Origin: Eledone cirrhosa
Lineage: Eukaryota
DNA: 64,000 nucleotides
Direction of reading: 5' to 3'
Assembly (NCBI GenBank): GCA_964016885.1
Contig: OZ024743.1
Coordinates: 59,644,001 to 59,708,000 of the forward strand
In this document: positions 1 to 15,692 of the stretch, piece after piece
Numbering within the stretch: position 1 is the stretch's first letter
How the letters are laid out: each line of letters begins with the position of its first letter
Notes under the pieces: generated by a model
What the model was told of the DNA's origin: nothing
Seen by the model: the letters and a program-made list of their open reading frames with translations, nothing else
Database searches by the model: none
Program-made: the position numbers and the translations under genes

Positions 1-278
1 TATTTGTGTGTGTATATTGTGGGTAATGGGTGTACGTATGTATGTATATCGGCATTGCATGATTCACTATTAATTTTTCTATATATGTACATTGCCATAT
101 CCCCGATAATAGAGCATATGGTTTCAAGTCACTCAACAGACCTTCCTGCCCATTAGCATACATGTATATATAAGTATGGGAAATGAATTTGGGAAAATAT
201 ATTTGTATGATATCTTCATTTATACCAATGCAACATTGTATTTTACCGAACTAAGGTTTTATTTGACATTCCTAAATA

Positions 279-837
279 CAGTATATGCCGGCGAACAGGT
301 TGACCCGGCCCATACAATTCTGAACTGTAATTCAGGTTTAGGCCTATATTCACCGGATATGTCGAACCCCCCCAAAATAGGGCAGTTGAAGGGGAAATAA
401 TTCAAAAAATCTAGTGGCGTGCTAAAGACTCAAACAGTTTTCCTAAAACACTTCAGTCGGAAGTGAATTCTAACTCACTGAGTAAACCAGCCTAGCCTTA
501 CCTTAACGAACCTATGGTAACCTACGCCATGTGCTACGGCAAGTCATTGATATTATCATAATTTCTACGTTAAATAGAGTTAACAAATATGATATTCAGT
601 TGGAAATAATTGCGGTGAGCTGTAGAGTTATGGTAAGTGGTGTACACCACTTACCATAACTCTAGCAGCTCACCGCGATTATTACATTAGTAGTTACATT
701 ACCACTTTCAATGTAGTTAGACAGACAGTTTCACTGTGGTAAAAATTCACATTGTATATTCGGCGGACAAGTTGACCCCTGGTTTTCGAAAGATATTTTT
801 AGGCTCGGAATGTCGACTTGTACGCCGGCATATACGG
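279..837. mobile_element. Non-autonomous DNA transposon (MITE), Tc1/mariner-pogo(Tc2)-like
   Basis: 26-bp imperfect TIRs: cagtatatgccggcgaacaggttgac versus the reverse complement of the right end, ccgtatatgccggcgtacaagtcgac. TA on both flanks (277-278, 838-839). Subterminal TIR-like echoes near 347 and 754. No transposase. Confidence 0.8.
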
Positions 838-1450
838 TAATTGCTCTTTTTAATATGTATTCATTAATTGAAGTACATTGTTTTCCTCATTTTTAAACAC
901 TTTTCTGAATTGTTTTTCTTCAATCTAATCCAGCTGTCTGGAAATAGTACGTATTGACATTTTTCCTTTCTCTCTACTTGACAATTATCCTGCCTGTATA
1001 AAGTAATTCACAATATTTATGATTAGTGTTGAATTTGTAACAAAGCCACAGAAATGTCTACAAATAAATGATATAGGCTAAATCGGGTAAGGTTACATTT
1101 TATAAAAATGATTCATTGTTCGCCTGTTTTGTACGAGATCATGTTCCCACAACTTTGCTTTTAACTAAATCATAACAAAGTTTAGGCTTATATTATATCG
1201 GACATAATTCTAATATTGTATTTAATATTCTTTCAGTGTAGTTATAACATGGAATTATGGGTGTATATCCATCGTCCGATTATCTATATAGATGATATTA
1301 ACCGGGAAACTGGTTTCATACAATCTCGCCAGAAGTCCTGCGATTGAAATTTCGCCACTTTAGAATGTTTTAAACCAGTGGACCTCTATCCACCTGTTTC
1401 GTTTCCTGGGGTACTTTACCCGAATTTTTCAACAATTATTCATACTCATA

Positions 1451-1622
1451 TCGGTAGAGGGTCGGAAGCCATGCTTTCCAGCATAGTTACGTCCCTTTGC
1501 GGTCTGAGTTCAAATCCCGCCGAGGTTAACTTTGCCTTATATCCTTACGGGGTCGATAAAATATAGTACCAGTATTGTACTGGGTAATTGATGGCCTTGT
1601 GCCAAAAAGTAGAAACAATTAT
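1451..1622 (+). mobile_element. tRNA-derived SINE (5'-truncated copy)
   Basis: B-box-like gagttcaaatccc, central gccgaggttaactttgcct..atccttacggggtcgataaa..gtaccagt and tail ggccttgtgcc..agtagaaacaattat. All are shared with copies at 5454, 22937, 30861 and 56600. Confidence 0.85.
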
Positions 1623-2043
1623 CTATGCTTTGGGAAGCACATATTTCAAATGTTGAAGTTTCACAATATTGCTTAAGTCAATAAGTGGGTTGCACGTCTA
1701 GCTACAGGCTGAAAACCGTTTATACATATGTTTATATACTGTTATACTTTCGGAACTTTATACTGCCTTTCAAAAACACACATTCTAGCTGAGTTTTTAT
1801 CAGTTCATTATTGGTCGATTAGCTACAACATTCATCGGTTAATTTAGTAAGTGGCTGATTGTTGAATTATCAATTGTCAAAGATGTTCTATCAGACATTG
1901 TGTGACCTCTTCAATGGATATTGCAGTTCCTCTGAAAAAAGAAAAGATGGAGTTAATAAAACAAATAATGAACTGAAGTCAAACTCAACTGATTAGTGTG
2001 GTTTTATTGGCAGCGTAACTGTCTAAAGGTACAGCAACAAGAA

Positions 2044-2072
2044 CAACACACACACATACACACACACACACG

Positions 2073-2160
<88 letters not shown>

Positions 2161-2198
2161 CACACACACGCACACACACATACACACACACACACACA

Positions 2199-2240
<42 letters not shown>
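2044..2240. repeat. Compound (CA)n/(CACG)n/(AT)n microsatellite
   Basis: Read directly. Source of several spurious ORFs. Confidence 0.95.
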
Positions 2241-2244
<4 letters not shown>

Positions 2245-3273
2245 TATGTATACGTACATACATATATGTATACAGACGTACAGTAGTATGTATATATATA
2301 TACATACATGCACACACATATATATATGTACGTATGGATTCACCGAACATTTATTACAATGCTCGGTGTGTTTGTAAACAAACATCCCGAATTAAGCCGT
2401 ACAGTGTCTAACAACCATCGTTGCTCATTTATTCAACACTGACAATGGAACGCTGTACTAGTTTCAAGCTTATTGGCTATCGTCAGCAACGTATACCTTC
2501 CTGCCAGATGGTTGAACGTCTGAATGTATGAACTTTCCTTATGCATATTAACGGCTGAGCAGTCTAAGTTGCATATCGAGTGAGTTAGTCGGCCGGGGTA
2601 CCGAAAACGATAAACGGAAAAAATGAAACAAAATTTCATTTCTCAATCTTAGTACGGCTGTTACTTAAATATAAGTATGTATACGTACATACATATATGT
2701 ATACAGACGTACAGTAGTATGTATATATATATATACATACATGAACACATATATATATGTACGTATGGATTCACCGAACACTTATTACAATGCTCGGTGT
2801 GTTTGTAAACAAACATCCCGAATTAAGCCGTACAGTGTCTAGCAACCATCGTTGCTTAATTGTTCAACACTGACAAAGGAACGCTGTACTAGTTCCAAGC
2901 TTATTAGCTATCGTCAGAAACGTATACCTTCCTGCCAGATGGTTCAACGTCTGAAAGTAAAAACTTTCCTTATGCATATTAACGGCTGAGCAGCCTAATT
3001 TGCATGTCGAGTGAGTTAATCAGTCGCGGTACCGATGGTTGCTAGACACCGTACGGCTTAATTCGGGATGTTTGTTTACAAACACACCGAGCATTATAAT
3101 AAATGTTCGGTGAATCCATACGTACATATATATATATATATATGTGCATGTATGTATATATATATACATACTACTGTACATCTGTATACATATATATATG
3201 TACGTATACATACTTATATTTAAGTAACAGCCGTACTAAGAGTGAGAAATGAAATTTCGTTTCATTTTTTTCC

Positions 3274-3277
<4 letters not shown>
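2240..3277 (-). mobile_element. Non-autonomous PLE-type insert: ~430-bp tandem unit x2 plus inverted partial unit, flanked by (AT)n
   Basis: 2240-2669 is repeated at 2670-~3030. 3034-3277 is the reverse complement of part of the unit. Each tandem unit has a hammerhead motif. Confidence 0.75.
2450..2492 (-). ncRNA. Minimal type-I hammerhead ribozyme motif
   Basis: Minus strand ACGTTG-CTGACGA-TAGCcaataaGCTT-GAAA-CTAG-TA-CAGCGT: 6-bp stem I with one G-U pair, palindromic stem III, GUA triplet. The second copy (2881-2923) has GAAA>GGAA. Confidence 0.7.
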
Positions 3278-3322
<45 letters not shown>

Positions 3323-3804
3323 CATTGTCTTTGGTGAGGTTACACTGCATGTACACATGTGTGTGTGTGGGTGGGGGTGTCCATATATGTGTCTACCATT
3401 TCAAGTTGTGCTGAGACCATAATTATGACATTGTCTTTAAATATTTACGTGCAGTTTGGTGTTTACGATTTGTATTAATTATTGAATATTTCATGTAGTC
3501 TGAATTTTCTAATTAAACTAATTTCAGAATGAATTATTCAACTATTTCAATTTTCTAAATTTATCTAATTATTGACTAGTTTTATAAGAATTTCATTAAT
3601 TTCGATTTATCGACTTTGCTAATATCTCTTGATTTTAATGAAATCCTCCTGAGTTATATTATATTGATAATCATATATTACAAATATGTATCTGCACGTA
3701 TTTTGCGAGATCTGAAAATGTGACATTGTATATTTTATAATCATTGATTTTAAATCCTATTGTTTATGGGATAAAGTTATTTATGAATAAATATATATTA
3801 TTGG

Positions 3805-3888
<84 letters not shown>

Positions 3889-3891
<3 letters not shown>

Positions 3892-4417
3892 TGTTAAACA
3901 AGTTTCAATGAATACATCAAAGAATGAGTTTTGTAAAGATTGGAAGCACTCAACAGCCAATGTTTTCCAGAGTTATTTATATTAATTCAAAATAGTAACA
4001 AAATAGTTATTCTTGTGATCAATTATATTTTATTATACATATTTCAGAGTTAAGTTCAACAGTACGTCCTCATCAGATAAAATAAAATGATACATGACAT
4101 ACCCTGACATAGTAGATGGTTAAGATTCAATCAAGGTAGTGATTAACTTATGACAACACTCAATAGTTATACCCTAATATTGAGAACATGAGATAACATA
4201 ATTAATACAAACAATAGAGAGGGTGCGTATAATAGATTTTAAGAAATACATGACATCAATATAACAATTATAAATTAGAACTGGTATGTCATGTATCATT
4301 TTATTTTATCTGATGAGGACGTACTGTTGAACTTAACTCAGTACCTCTGAAATATGTATAATAACATATAATTGATCACAAGTATATCTATTTTGATAAT
4401 ATTTTGAATTAATATAC
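3889..4417. mobile_element. Non-autonomous PLE-type insert with inverted arms (about 3980-4103 / 4283-4415) between (AT)n tracts
   Basis: ggtatgtcatgtatcattttattttatctgatgaggacgtactgttgaacttaactc occurs on both strands. The left arm has an extra tail containing GTTGAGTGC (3946-3954, minus). Confidence 0.75.
4302..4368 (+). ncRNA. Type-I hammerhead motif (mirror copy 4026-4084, minus)
   Basis: TATTTTAT-CTGATGA-GGACGTACTG..CAGTACCTCT-GAAA-TATGTA-TA-ATAA(A/C)ATA. Stem I is perfect in the minus copy and stem II is better preserved in the plus copy. Confidence 0.65.
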
Positions 4418-5453
4418 ATATATATATATATATATATATAGGATATATTTAATTTACGATGAATATAAGCTATATTTAATTTGTGTTCAGATAACGGTGA
4501 ATCGCTTTGCATATTACGAAACAAATGAAATTGTCTCGACATTAGAATAACAGTCAGTGAAGCGACATTATCATTGATATTAAATGTGTTAGAATATTCG
4601 TAATAACACTTGTATATTCTATTCAATGTATATATTCTCTTAATAAAATTACAATGTATCTGGAATACTTCATTCAGGTTATATGGAAACAACTCAAACG
4701 TCCAATATACTTTACGAAACAGTTAGTATTTGCTTAATTCGGTTCATATATAACAGACATATATTTGTAGGCCTCTTTTTGCAATAAAGTAATATTCTGA
4801 TACAATGGTTATTAAAATATGAAGTTAGATATATTGTATTAAAATTAGCCATAGTTTTGATAAACAAACAAAACAAATCTTCGACAATAAATCTAAATAC
4901 ATTTTCTGTGTAGACAGAAATAGATGTGAATTGGTATTTCGGTTTCGGTTATAATCGCAAATTCTACAATGTTTACTTATTAGCTTTTTATTATTTCAAT
5001 CAGCAAATATAGTTTATTGCTATTTAGAGTCATAATATCGCTACATATAACGCCAATAAAACGTTATTGTACTTTCAATAATTAGGATATAATCAAGAAA
5101 CATTGTATAATTATTATAGATCAACTAAAAAGGACATGGTGCCGCGTAGGAACCTTGATCAAGGCACATAACTTCCCGTTGCTCCAGTTCGACCAGGAAA
5201 ACATTGACTAACAATCTCAACGGGACATTTACCAATATAATATGAGTGGTAGTTCTGTATTTTGAATAAATGGATTTCACACGATTATTGTCTAGGCACT
5301 GGAAAGCCTTACGTTTTTTTTTTTTTAGTTTCAAGTATCATTTTAATAACATAAGTAACTTGCAAGTTCATGTGTGGAAAACTGTGTTGAGAAAGGAAAC
5401 AAACATTTAATTTTACCAATCAGCAAACGAAATAGTATTATCTTGTATATTAG

Positions 5454-5640
5454 GGCGGTGGATTGGCAGTATCGGTAGAAGGTCGGACGTCATGCTTTGC
5501 AGTAAAGAGTTACAGCCCTTTATGCTCCGAGTTCAAATCCCGCCGACCCTAACTTTGCCTTTCATCCGTACGGGGTCGATAAATTAAATCACCAGTAATA
5601 CACAGGGTTAATTGCTGGCCTTGTGCCAAAACTAGCAACA
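5454..5640 (+). mobile_element. tRNA-derived SINE, full length, with 17-bp TSD
   Basis: A-box-like tggcagtatcgg, B-box gagttcaaatccc. TSD attatcttgtatattag at 5437-5453 and 5641-5657. Confidence 0.92.
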
Positions 5641-6100
5641 ATTATCTTGTATATTAGATTATCCATGCTTGCCCTGACTGTGTGAAGGTCGGAACTTAAT
5701 TTGGTTCCATGGATGTTGACTGATCGTAAAATTGTAACCCTTGGACATGATGCCAATCCATCGCAAGGCTAACATGCAAATGCCGATTGTACTTATTTGC
5801 ATCTGACTAAACTAGAGTTACGTGAAATATAGTGCTGCCCTCATACAAAGCGTGTAAACCGGTCTGGGATCGAAATTCCGATCATAAGCTCAAATACCTA
5901 TCCACGCGAATAAGCACGTTATCTCCGAAACAAATTATATAGAAAGACAGTTCAGTCTTAAACTTAAAACGTTATTTTCATATATATTTTAAACATTTAG
6001 ACAGTGGTTGTTTCAAATTAGAATAGAGATTCACATAAACTGTTCTACAGTCTCATTCGTCAAGCTCAAATGTTCCATGACTCTGCCATATATATATATA

Positions 6101-8123
6101 AGCTACAAGAAGACCACCTTGAAAAACTTAGAAGATATTAATATAGAGGGATATAATATAGTGTATAAACTAGGACTTCAGAGGCATACACAACCATACA
6201 CCCCAAACCCCCCTAGATTCTCTCTGAAGGATCATAAAGAGGACTTCATTAGCAACCCCTCGATAACACTTATCTGCCCTTCCAAGTCCGACATTGGTAT
6301 TATCAGCAAGAACATTTTGGATAAAATCATCGCACAAATTAAACACAAGATACACCTTAAACAATGGGGAAATACGGGGGAAGTTATTGAATGGTTCAAA
6401 GATATCAAGAATAATAAGGACAAAAAATTTATTCAATTTGATATCAATTCATACTACACCTCTATTTCCCCTATCCTATTAAATAAGGCACTATTCATGG
6501 CCATGAACAATAGCGACCTGATTAGAACCCAGATTGATGTCATCCTTGCGGCCCGTAAAACCATAATCACCTTCGAGGACCAACTATGGACACGCAAGGA
6601 TACGCACAACAACTTCGACATAACCATGGGATCTAGTGACTCTGCGCAGGTCACTGATTTGGTCGGTCTATACCTTCTTAATGAAATCCATAAGGACCTC
6701 CCTTACCTCAACGGTGGTTTGTACCGCGATGATGCACTTCTACTTATAGAATATAAAAAAATTAATATAGAAAGAACTAGAAAACTATTGCACAAGACAT
6801 TCAAAAACTTTAACCTTAGTATCACCATGGACAAAAACACTAAAAATGTTAACTTCCTAGACGCGACACTATACCTAGACTCAAAAATATATACACCTTT
6901 CCATAAGCCTAACGAAAAACTCATTTACGTAGATACCAAGTCTAATCACCCTAAATCAATATTAAACTCTATATCTAAGGGGATATCCAATATAATCTCT
7001 AATCTATCCTATGACGCAAACATATTTAGCAAAAACTCACAATATTATAATCAAGCATTAGCTAGATCCGGCCATAATATAAAAATTGAATTCCTACCTA
7101 AGAAAACGCATAGCTACAATATCTTCTCGCACAACATGTCCATGAGGAAACCTAATAATAGGAATAACAACCACAAGTACACCAAAGCGGAGGGTGCCAC
7201 CGGAAGTAACCATTACCACGGAAACTACCGTAGTGCCTTAGGAGGAAACAACACACCAGACACTAAAAACAAAAATAGAAGAAGAAATAATATATTTTTC
7301 AACCCTCCTTTCAACCTAAATGTCTCCACCAACACACCTAGGGCTTTCTTCTCACTACTAGATAAAAAACTTCCCTCTAGGACACAAGTACCACAACCTT
7401 TTAAACAAAAACACTATTAAAATATCTTACTCTACGACGCCTAACTTAGCATACCACATAGCTAGCAGCAATAAAAATAAAATTAATTCTTACTTCCAAC
7501 AAACGAAATCACAACAGGATGCAATCCTTCTAAATACCTCTGTAGCAAGCAACCATAGTAACGGCAGTAACAATAGAAATAACACTAGTATAAGAAATAA
7601 CACCGGGGTCGACAACCCGAATGTCCAAAATCCTATAGCTACCACCCAGACTTCTGCACTGCATTATAACCAGCAGACTAACACACAGGATAATTGTAAC
7701 TGTAGAGCTAATAGAAACTGCCCTTTAGATAAAAAATGCCTAACCAAGGATATCATATACTCATGCACCGCCACAACTAGCAACTCTTCAGAAACCTATG
7801 TAGGCTCCACTTCTAACTGCTTCAAAATCAGATATAATTCGCACATCCACTCGTTCAAAAAGCACAGTCTAGCCAACTCCACCTCACTATCTAGCTACAT
7901 ACACTACCTAAAAACTAAAAATAAACCTTACACACTCAAATGGGAAGTGATAGGTAGCGCGACTTCGTACAAACCACCTAATAAATTGTGTAACCTCTGT
8001 ATACTAGAGACCCACAATATTAACTTCTCTAACCGTAACCTACTTAACAAAAAATCTGAAGTGTTTGCAACTTGCCAGCACCGCTTCAGACATTCCTTCC
8101 AAAACTTTAAGCCCAATATATAG
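6101..8123 (+). pseudogene. Penelope-like retroelement ORF (RT + GIY-YIG endonuclease), 5'-truncated, one frameshift
   Basis: RT motifs QFDINSYYTSI, TMGSSDS, GLYRDDA, VNFLDATL and thumb SNHP. After a +1 shift in the A-run at ~7365 the frame continues to CNCR..CPL..CL..DIIY..YVGSTSNCFKIRYNSH..CNLC, ending at TAG 8121-8123. Begins directly after an (AT)n run. Confidence 0.92.
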
Positions 8124-9566
8124 CAATGTCGGACTTGAACCAAACACCACCTCTAGCATCAAACACCAGGGGCACACCTTATACCACATACCCAACACTC
8201 ACTGATCTAATATAACACAAACAGCGACATCCCTCTAGAACCCTTCGCAGGGCGAATACCCATTTGTACCTCTACTTTAGGTGTGACAACATCCACCCAC
8301 TTGAACTGCACTACACCGCTCTATAGGTAATTTAAGCATGAATTGATTGTCTTGTTAGTGTTGTGCGGAGGAAGTGCCATCGTTGGACAGATGGAAAACG
8401 AATTAATCTAGTAACGCTGATGAGCAGTATGGCCGGTACGCTGAGTGCATGGAATGAATGAATTGCAAGTGGCGTATGGGTTGTACATACATGGAAGATT
8501 TGATGGTCAAATTGGGGTCATGAGGACTACGGATTGACCTCTGGTCGGCCCTGGAGATGATTATCTTTCGACATCCAATGTAGCAAGCGATGACCCAAAA
8601 CTTACCAGAGATCATTGTGTGTTGAAGTGATTCTGCAATCACCGGGCCTGGTCCTTTGAGTAGACTGCAACCACATAGATCATTAATTTAGAATCCTCGC
8701 TCGTCGCCTATAATATTCATTTGTGGCACTCTACGATGGGGGTTAATCACCATAATAAGACGAACACCTTCAGCACAACTTAATAGACTACTCTATAGTT
8801 GAAACACTTTAAATTTTAGAAATTTTTTAGAAATTGCGCATAACCATAGAAGTTAGGGTCTATTTTGAGACACATTTTAGTAGTTAGTAATAGAAACCCC
8901 GGAGTTACCTCCCCTCATGCATTAACTCCCCTTAGCCACACACACACTTCCGGGTAGTATTTCGATGTCGATTCTCGAAACGTAACATCCTCCTGTATTG
9001 AACTAAAGAACATCAGACTACGATTCTCTAACTGGATTGTCAAACGCTCAATATCGAATCATCGTGGATTATGTGAGGGGCATATAATCTGAAAAATACA
9101 CTCCCCAGACTATGAAAATGTCGAAGTACATGAAGTCCATATCATCCCTTCGCTGCGCATTTGCAATATTTTTAATATTTTTAATGCTTGCACTATTTTT
9201 AATGCTTATATTATTTCTCCACACACAGACTATAACAATCATATAAATAATTTGTCACCAGATCAACCAACCTAAAACTCTTGTTTACATACTTAAGTGC
9301 TTCTACTACACGTAACTCTCTGCCACACTATACAAACGAGACACACGTGCTTGCCACACATATAACCTTTGCACTATATAACCGCTTATTTTCATGTTGT
9401 ATTTTAACCTGTATTTTTGATTGGATCTTTTAATATGAATGTAATCTCTAAGTGTGTACTGCCACTCTAAATGCTGTAATGAATGTTGACCCACAATATT
9501 TGCATATGTATCTGTATGTCTCTTGGGTAAAAAGGAGGTCATATAAGTGTTCATTCATTAATAAAT

Positions 9567-9614
9567 TGCTCCGAAGAAATCCAAACCTCGGTTTGGAGGA
9601 AACAGTTGTAAGCA
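9567..9614 (+). ncRNA. Variant hammerhead motif (CCGAAGA core)
   Basis: TGCT-CCGAAGA-aaTCCAAACCtcGGTTTGGAg-GAAA-CAG(T/C)TG-TA-AGCA. The same variant core is in the copy at 21978-22024 (minus). Confidence 0.55.
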
Positions 9615-9649
9615 TAAAAATGTTTTGAACAGTACTTTGATTCTTATAA

Positions 9650-9697
<48 letters not shown>

Positions 9698-9814
9698 CAC
9701 ACATTCGTATATTTTATTTATACAATATGTGTGTATATATATATATATATATAATGAAATATATGGATAATAGAAATGGCTGTTTAATTGCTATTTAAGG
9801 TAACTTAAAAAGCA

Positions 9815-12952
<3,138 letters not shown>

Positions 12953-13084
12953 AATATATATACATACACATATATATATATACACACACATATACTTATA
13001 TATGTGTACATATGTAAATATATATAATGCGTATGCATTAAAATAAATAAATACACTCTCACACACACAAATATGAACAATATA

Positions 13085-13134
<50 letters not shown>

Positions 13135-13182
13135 TATAGATAGGTAAATATACACGGGTGTGTATGATTGTGTATAGAAGAT

Positions 13183-13573
13183 TATATTAATAAGAGGAAT
13201 TCCAACTTTGTCTGATTTTCTCGTTTTATTTACAATCCTTTAAAATATATATAATATGGTATTATAATGAAATAGTATGATAGAATATTAAATTCTAAGT
13301 GTTAATTGAACAAGTACTTTCATGCTTTCGCAATCTTCAGGTTCATGATATGTGGTGACAGTCGAGTTTGCAATTTTCAACAGTTGAAAATTGCAAACTC
13401 GACTGTCACCACATATCATGAACCTGAAGATTGCGAAAGCATGAAAGTACTTGTTCAATTAACACTTAGAATTTAATATTCTATCATACTATTTCATTAT
13501 AATACCATATTATATATATTTTAAAGGATTGTAAATAAAACGAGTAAATCAGACAAAGTTGGAATTCCTCTTA

Positions 13574-13581
<8 letters not shown>
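13183..13581. repeat. 399-bp near-perfect palindrome (centre 13382) adjoining (AT)n
   Basis: The arms are reverse complements with one mismatch found (tgattttctcg versus cgagtaaatca). Confidence 0.95.
13419..13457 (+). ncRNA. Minimal type-I hammerhead motif (mirror 13307-13345, minus)
   Basis: TGAAC-CTGAAGA-tTGCgaaaGCAt-GAAA-GTAC-TT-GTTCA: perfect stem I, GNRA-capped stem II, palindromic stem III. Confidence 0.75.
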
Positions 13582-13665
<84 letters not shown>

Positions 13666-13740
13666 AACACACATATATAATATGTATGCATTTAAATAAG
13701 TAAATACACACTCAAACACACAGATATAAATATATATGTA

Positions 13741-14783
13741 TATTTATTAAAATAACAGATTAAAGTTTAAGCAAATAATCGCTGCTTTCACCCTTAACCG
13801 GATCTTCTGAAACTAACAAAGTCAATCTGTGAACGCAGAAGTGAATATTTCAAAAAATGTTGCCACCGGATGAAGACAGGAAGATGATACTTTGGTTCGT
13901 GGAAACGTTCTCGGGCAAAGAACGGGAAAAAACGATTATAATACGTCATTATTTGGAGCGGTGAAAAACAATTGTGTTTAGGTTGACGTACGTCTCCGAA
14001 CATATGTCTATTTACATGTATGTATGTGTGTGCGCTTGTTATATACGTATTTATTTATTTATATACGTTTATTTAATTATTTGTATACAGGCACACACAC
14101 ACTAATATATTTATATGTGCGTGTATTTGTATACCTATGGCGAGAGTTTTCGCGTATGCTTGTGTATGTACGTATATGGATGCGTCTATGTATTTATTTA
14201 ATTTCAATTACCTCTGTATTTTATTTACTTTATTCTTAACTCTGAAGCCGAGAATCATTCGGTTTCCTAGTTAGAATTTTAGTCTACGACTTCAGTTATA
14301 CCATTTACGTGGATTTGTCTTTGCGTCCAATTGTTCTCACGCACCACATATGACGTATTATCTTCGTTTTTTCTGTTCATTGCCAGAGAACGTCTCTATG
14401 AACCACCTAATAGAATATTAGTCTACGACTTCTTTTATACCATAAACGTGGTTTTGTCTTTGTGTGTAATTGTTTTTCACCGCTCCAAATAATGACGTAT
14501 TATATTCGTTTTTTCCCGTTCTTGGCCAGGGAACGTTCCCACGAACCAAAGTATCGTCTTCCTGTCCTCCTCCGTTGCAACGTTTTTTGAAATATTCACT
14601 TTTGCGTTCACAGATTGACTTTGTTAGTTTCAGAAGATCCCGTTAAGGGTGAAAGCAGCGATTATTTGCTTAAACTTTAATCTGTTATTTTAATAAATAT
14701 TTGCTCTACGGTTCTTATATATTTGATATACATTTATCCTTATCGAGCCCTCTTTGGATTTTAGTCTTCAAATTTATTAGTAT

Positions 14784-14787
<4 letters not shown>
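13741..14787. mobile_element. Insert with ~230-bp inverted arms (13741-13973 / 14467-14699) and an internal tandem repeat, ending in (AT)n
   Basis: atttattaaaataacagattaaagtttaagcaaataatcgctgc is mirrored at 14654-14699. A ~135-bp direct repeat ttagtctacgacttc occurs at 14279 and 14418. Confidence 0.75.
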
Positions 14788-14844
<57 letters not shown>

Positions 14845-15577
14845 TATATATACATATATATATATAATATGTCTACATAATTGCATATACATAAATATAT
14901 GTATATATTTATGTATATATGTATATGTACGCACACACACACACACACGCACGCATACACGCCGATACACACACACAAAAACACACACATACATATATAT
15001 ATAATACTACATTCGTTTAAAAAAAGTTAAACAATTTAATCCTTTATTTATAGTTTCATTTGAACCCAATTGTTTGTATATATTAAACGCAGACAGCAAG
15101 ATAATTACATCTGAAACTGAATTCTATTTTATGTATTGTTATTATACGTCAGACCTTCTTATGTATGTTTTTAATTTCACTTTCCTCTGCAGACGCCGGC
15201 CATTATATTTGTTTCACGTCTATATTTTACTTTACTGTTTATGTTCTCGATAATCTCAATGTTCCTGATCGATGCAGCTTCTATTACTGTGATTGATTCT
15301 ATCAACTGTATTTTCTACGAGATATATTTAGCCCGCAGTTTAATATCTACGTCTTCATCTCACCATTCTAAATGCGTTTTTTTTCTATAACAACATAAAC
15401 AAAATCATCGATTACACATATTGTTTACTATAGCTAACGTCTCTACTATTAAATATCCTTCACATCACCTTTTCGCAAAATAGTTAACTGATTTTAATAG
15501 ATTTCTCAATGTAGTTATTTTATTCTAATATATGCTACAATGGTGTTTTCTTTACTACATTCTCTAACAATCGAATT

Positions 15578-15692
15578 TCTTCTTCTTCTTCTTCTTCTTC
15601 TTCTTCTTCTTCTTCTTCTTCTTCTTCTTCTTCTTCTTCTTCTTCTTCTTCTTCTTCTTCTTCTTCTTCTTCTTCTTCTTCTTCTTCTTCTT
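15578..15692. repeat. (TTC)n trinucleotide tract; (GAA)n tail of the adjacent LINE
   Basis: Read directly. Lies at the 3' end of the minus-strand LINE. Confidence 0.9.

Larger units (their letters stand above)
6101..9653 (+). mobile_element. PLE copy including long 3' region and hammerhead-bearing terminus
   Basis: The ORF above, bounded by (AT)n at both ends. The terminal ~150 bp recurs at 21939-22098. Continuity of 8124-9500 with the ORF is inferred. Confidence 0.6.

Noticed and set aside
1237-1410. Exon-like segment after tttcag with an in-frame TGA (..QKSCD*NFATLECF..)
   Set aside because: No recognisable protein or SECIS evidence, so neither an exon nor selenocysteine can be supported.
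5120-5270. Possible terminal exon (QLKRTWCRVGTLIKAHNFPLLQFDQENID*) followed by AATAAA
   Set aside because: Short, with no recognisable homology and no linked exons.
6008-6100. N-terminus of the 470-aa ORF
   Set aside because: Read-through from flanking DNA and (AT)n. The PLE sequence starts after 6100.
8417-8460. CTGATGA strings at 8417, 22598, 28753 and 38959, and CTGAAGA at 24411
   Set aside because: No properly placed GAAA/NUH with a closing stem I, so they were not called ribozymes.
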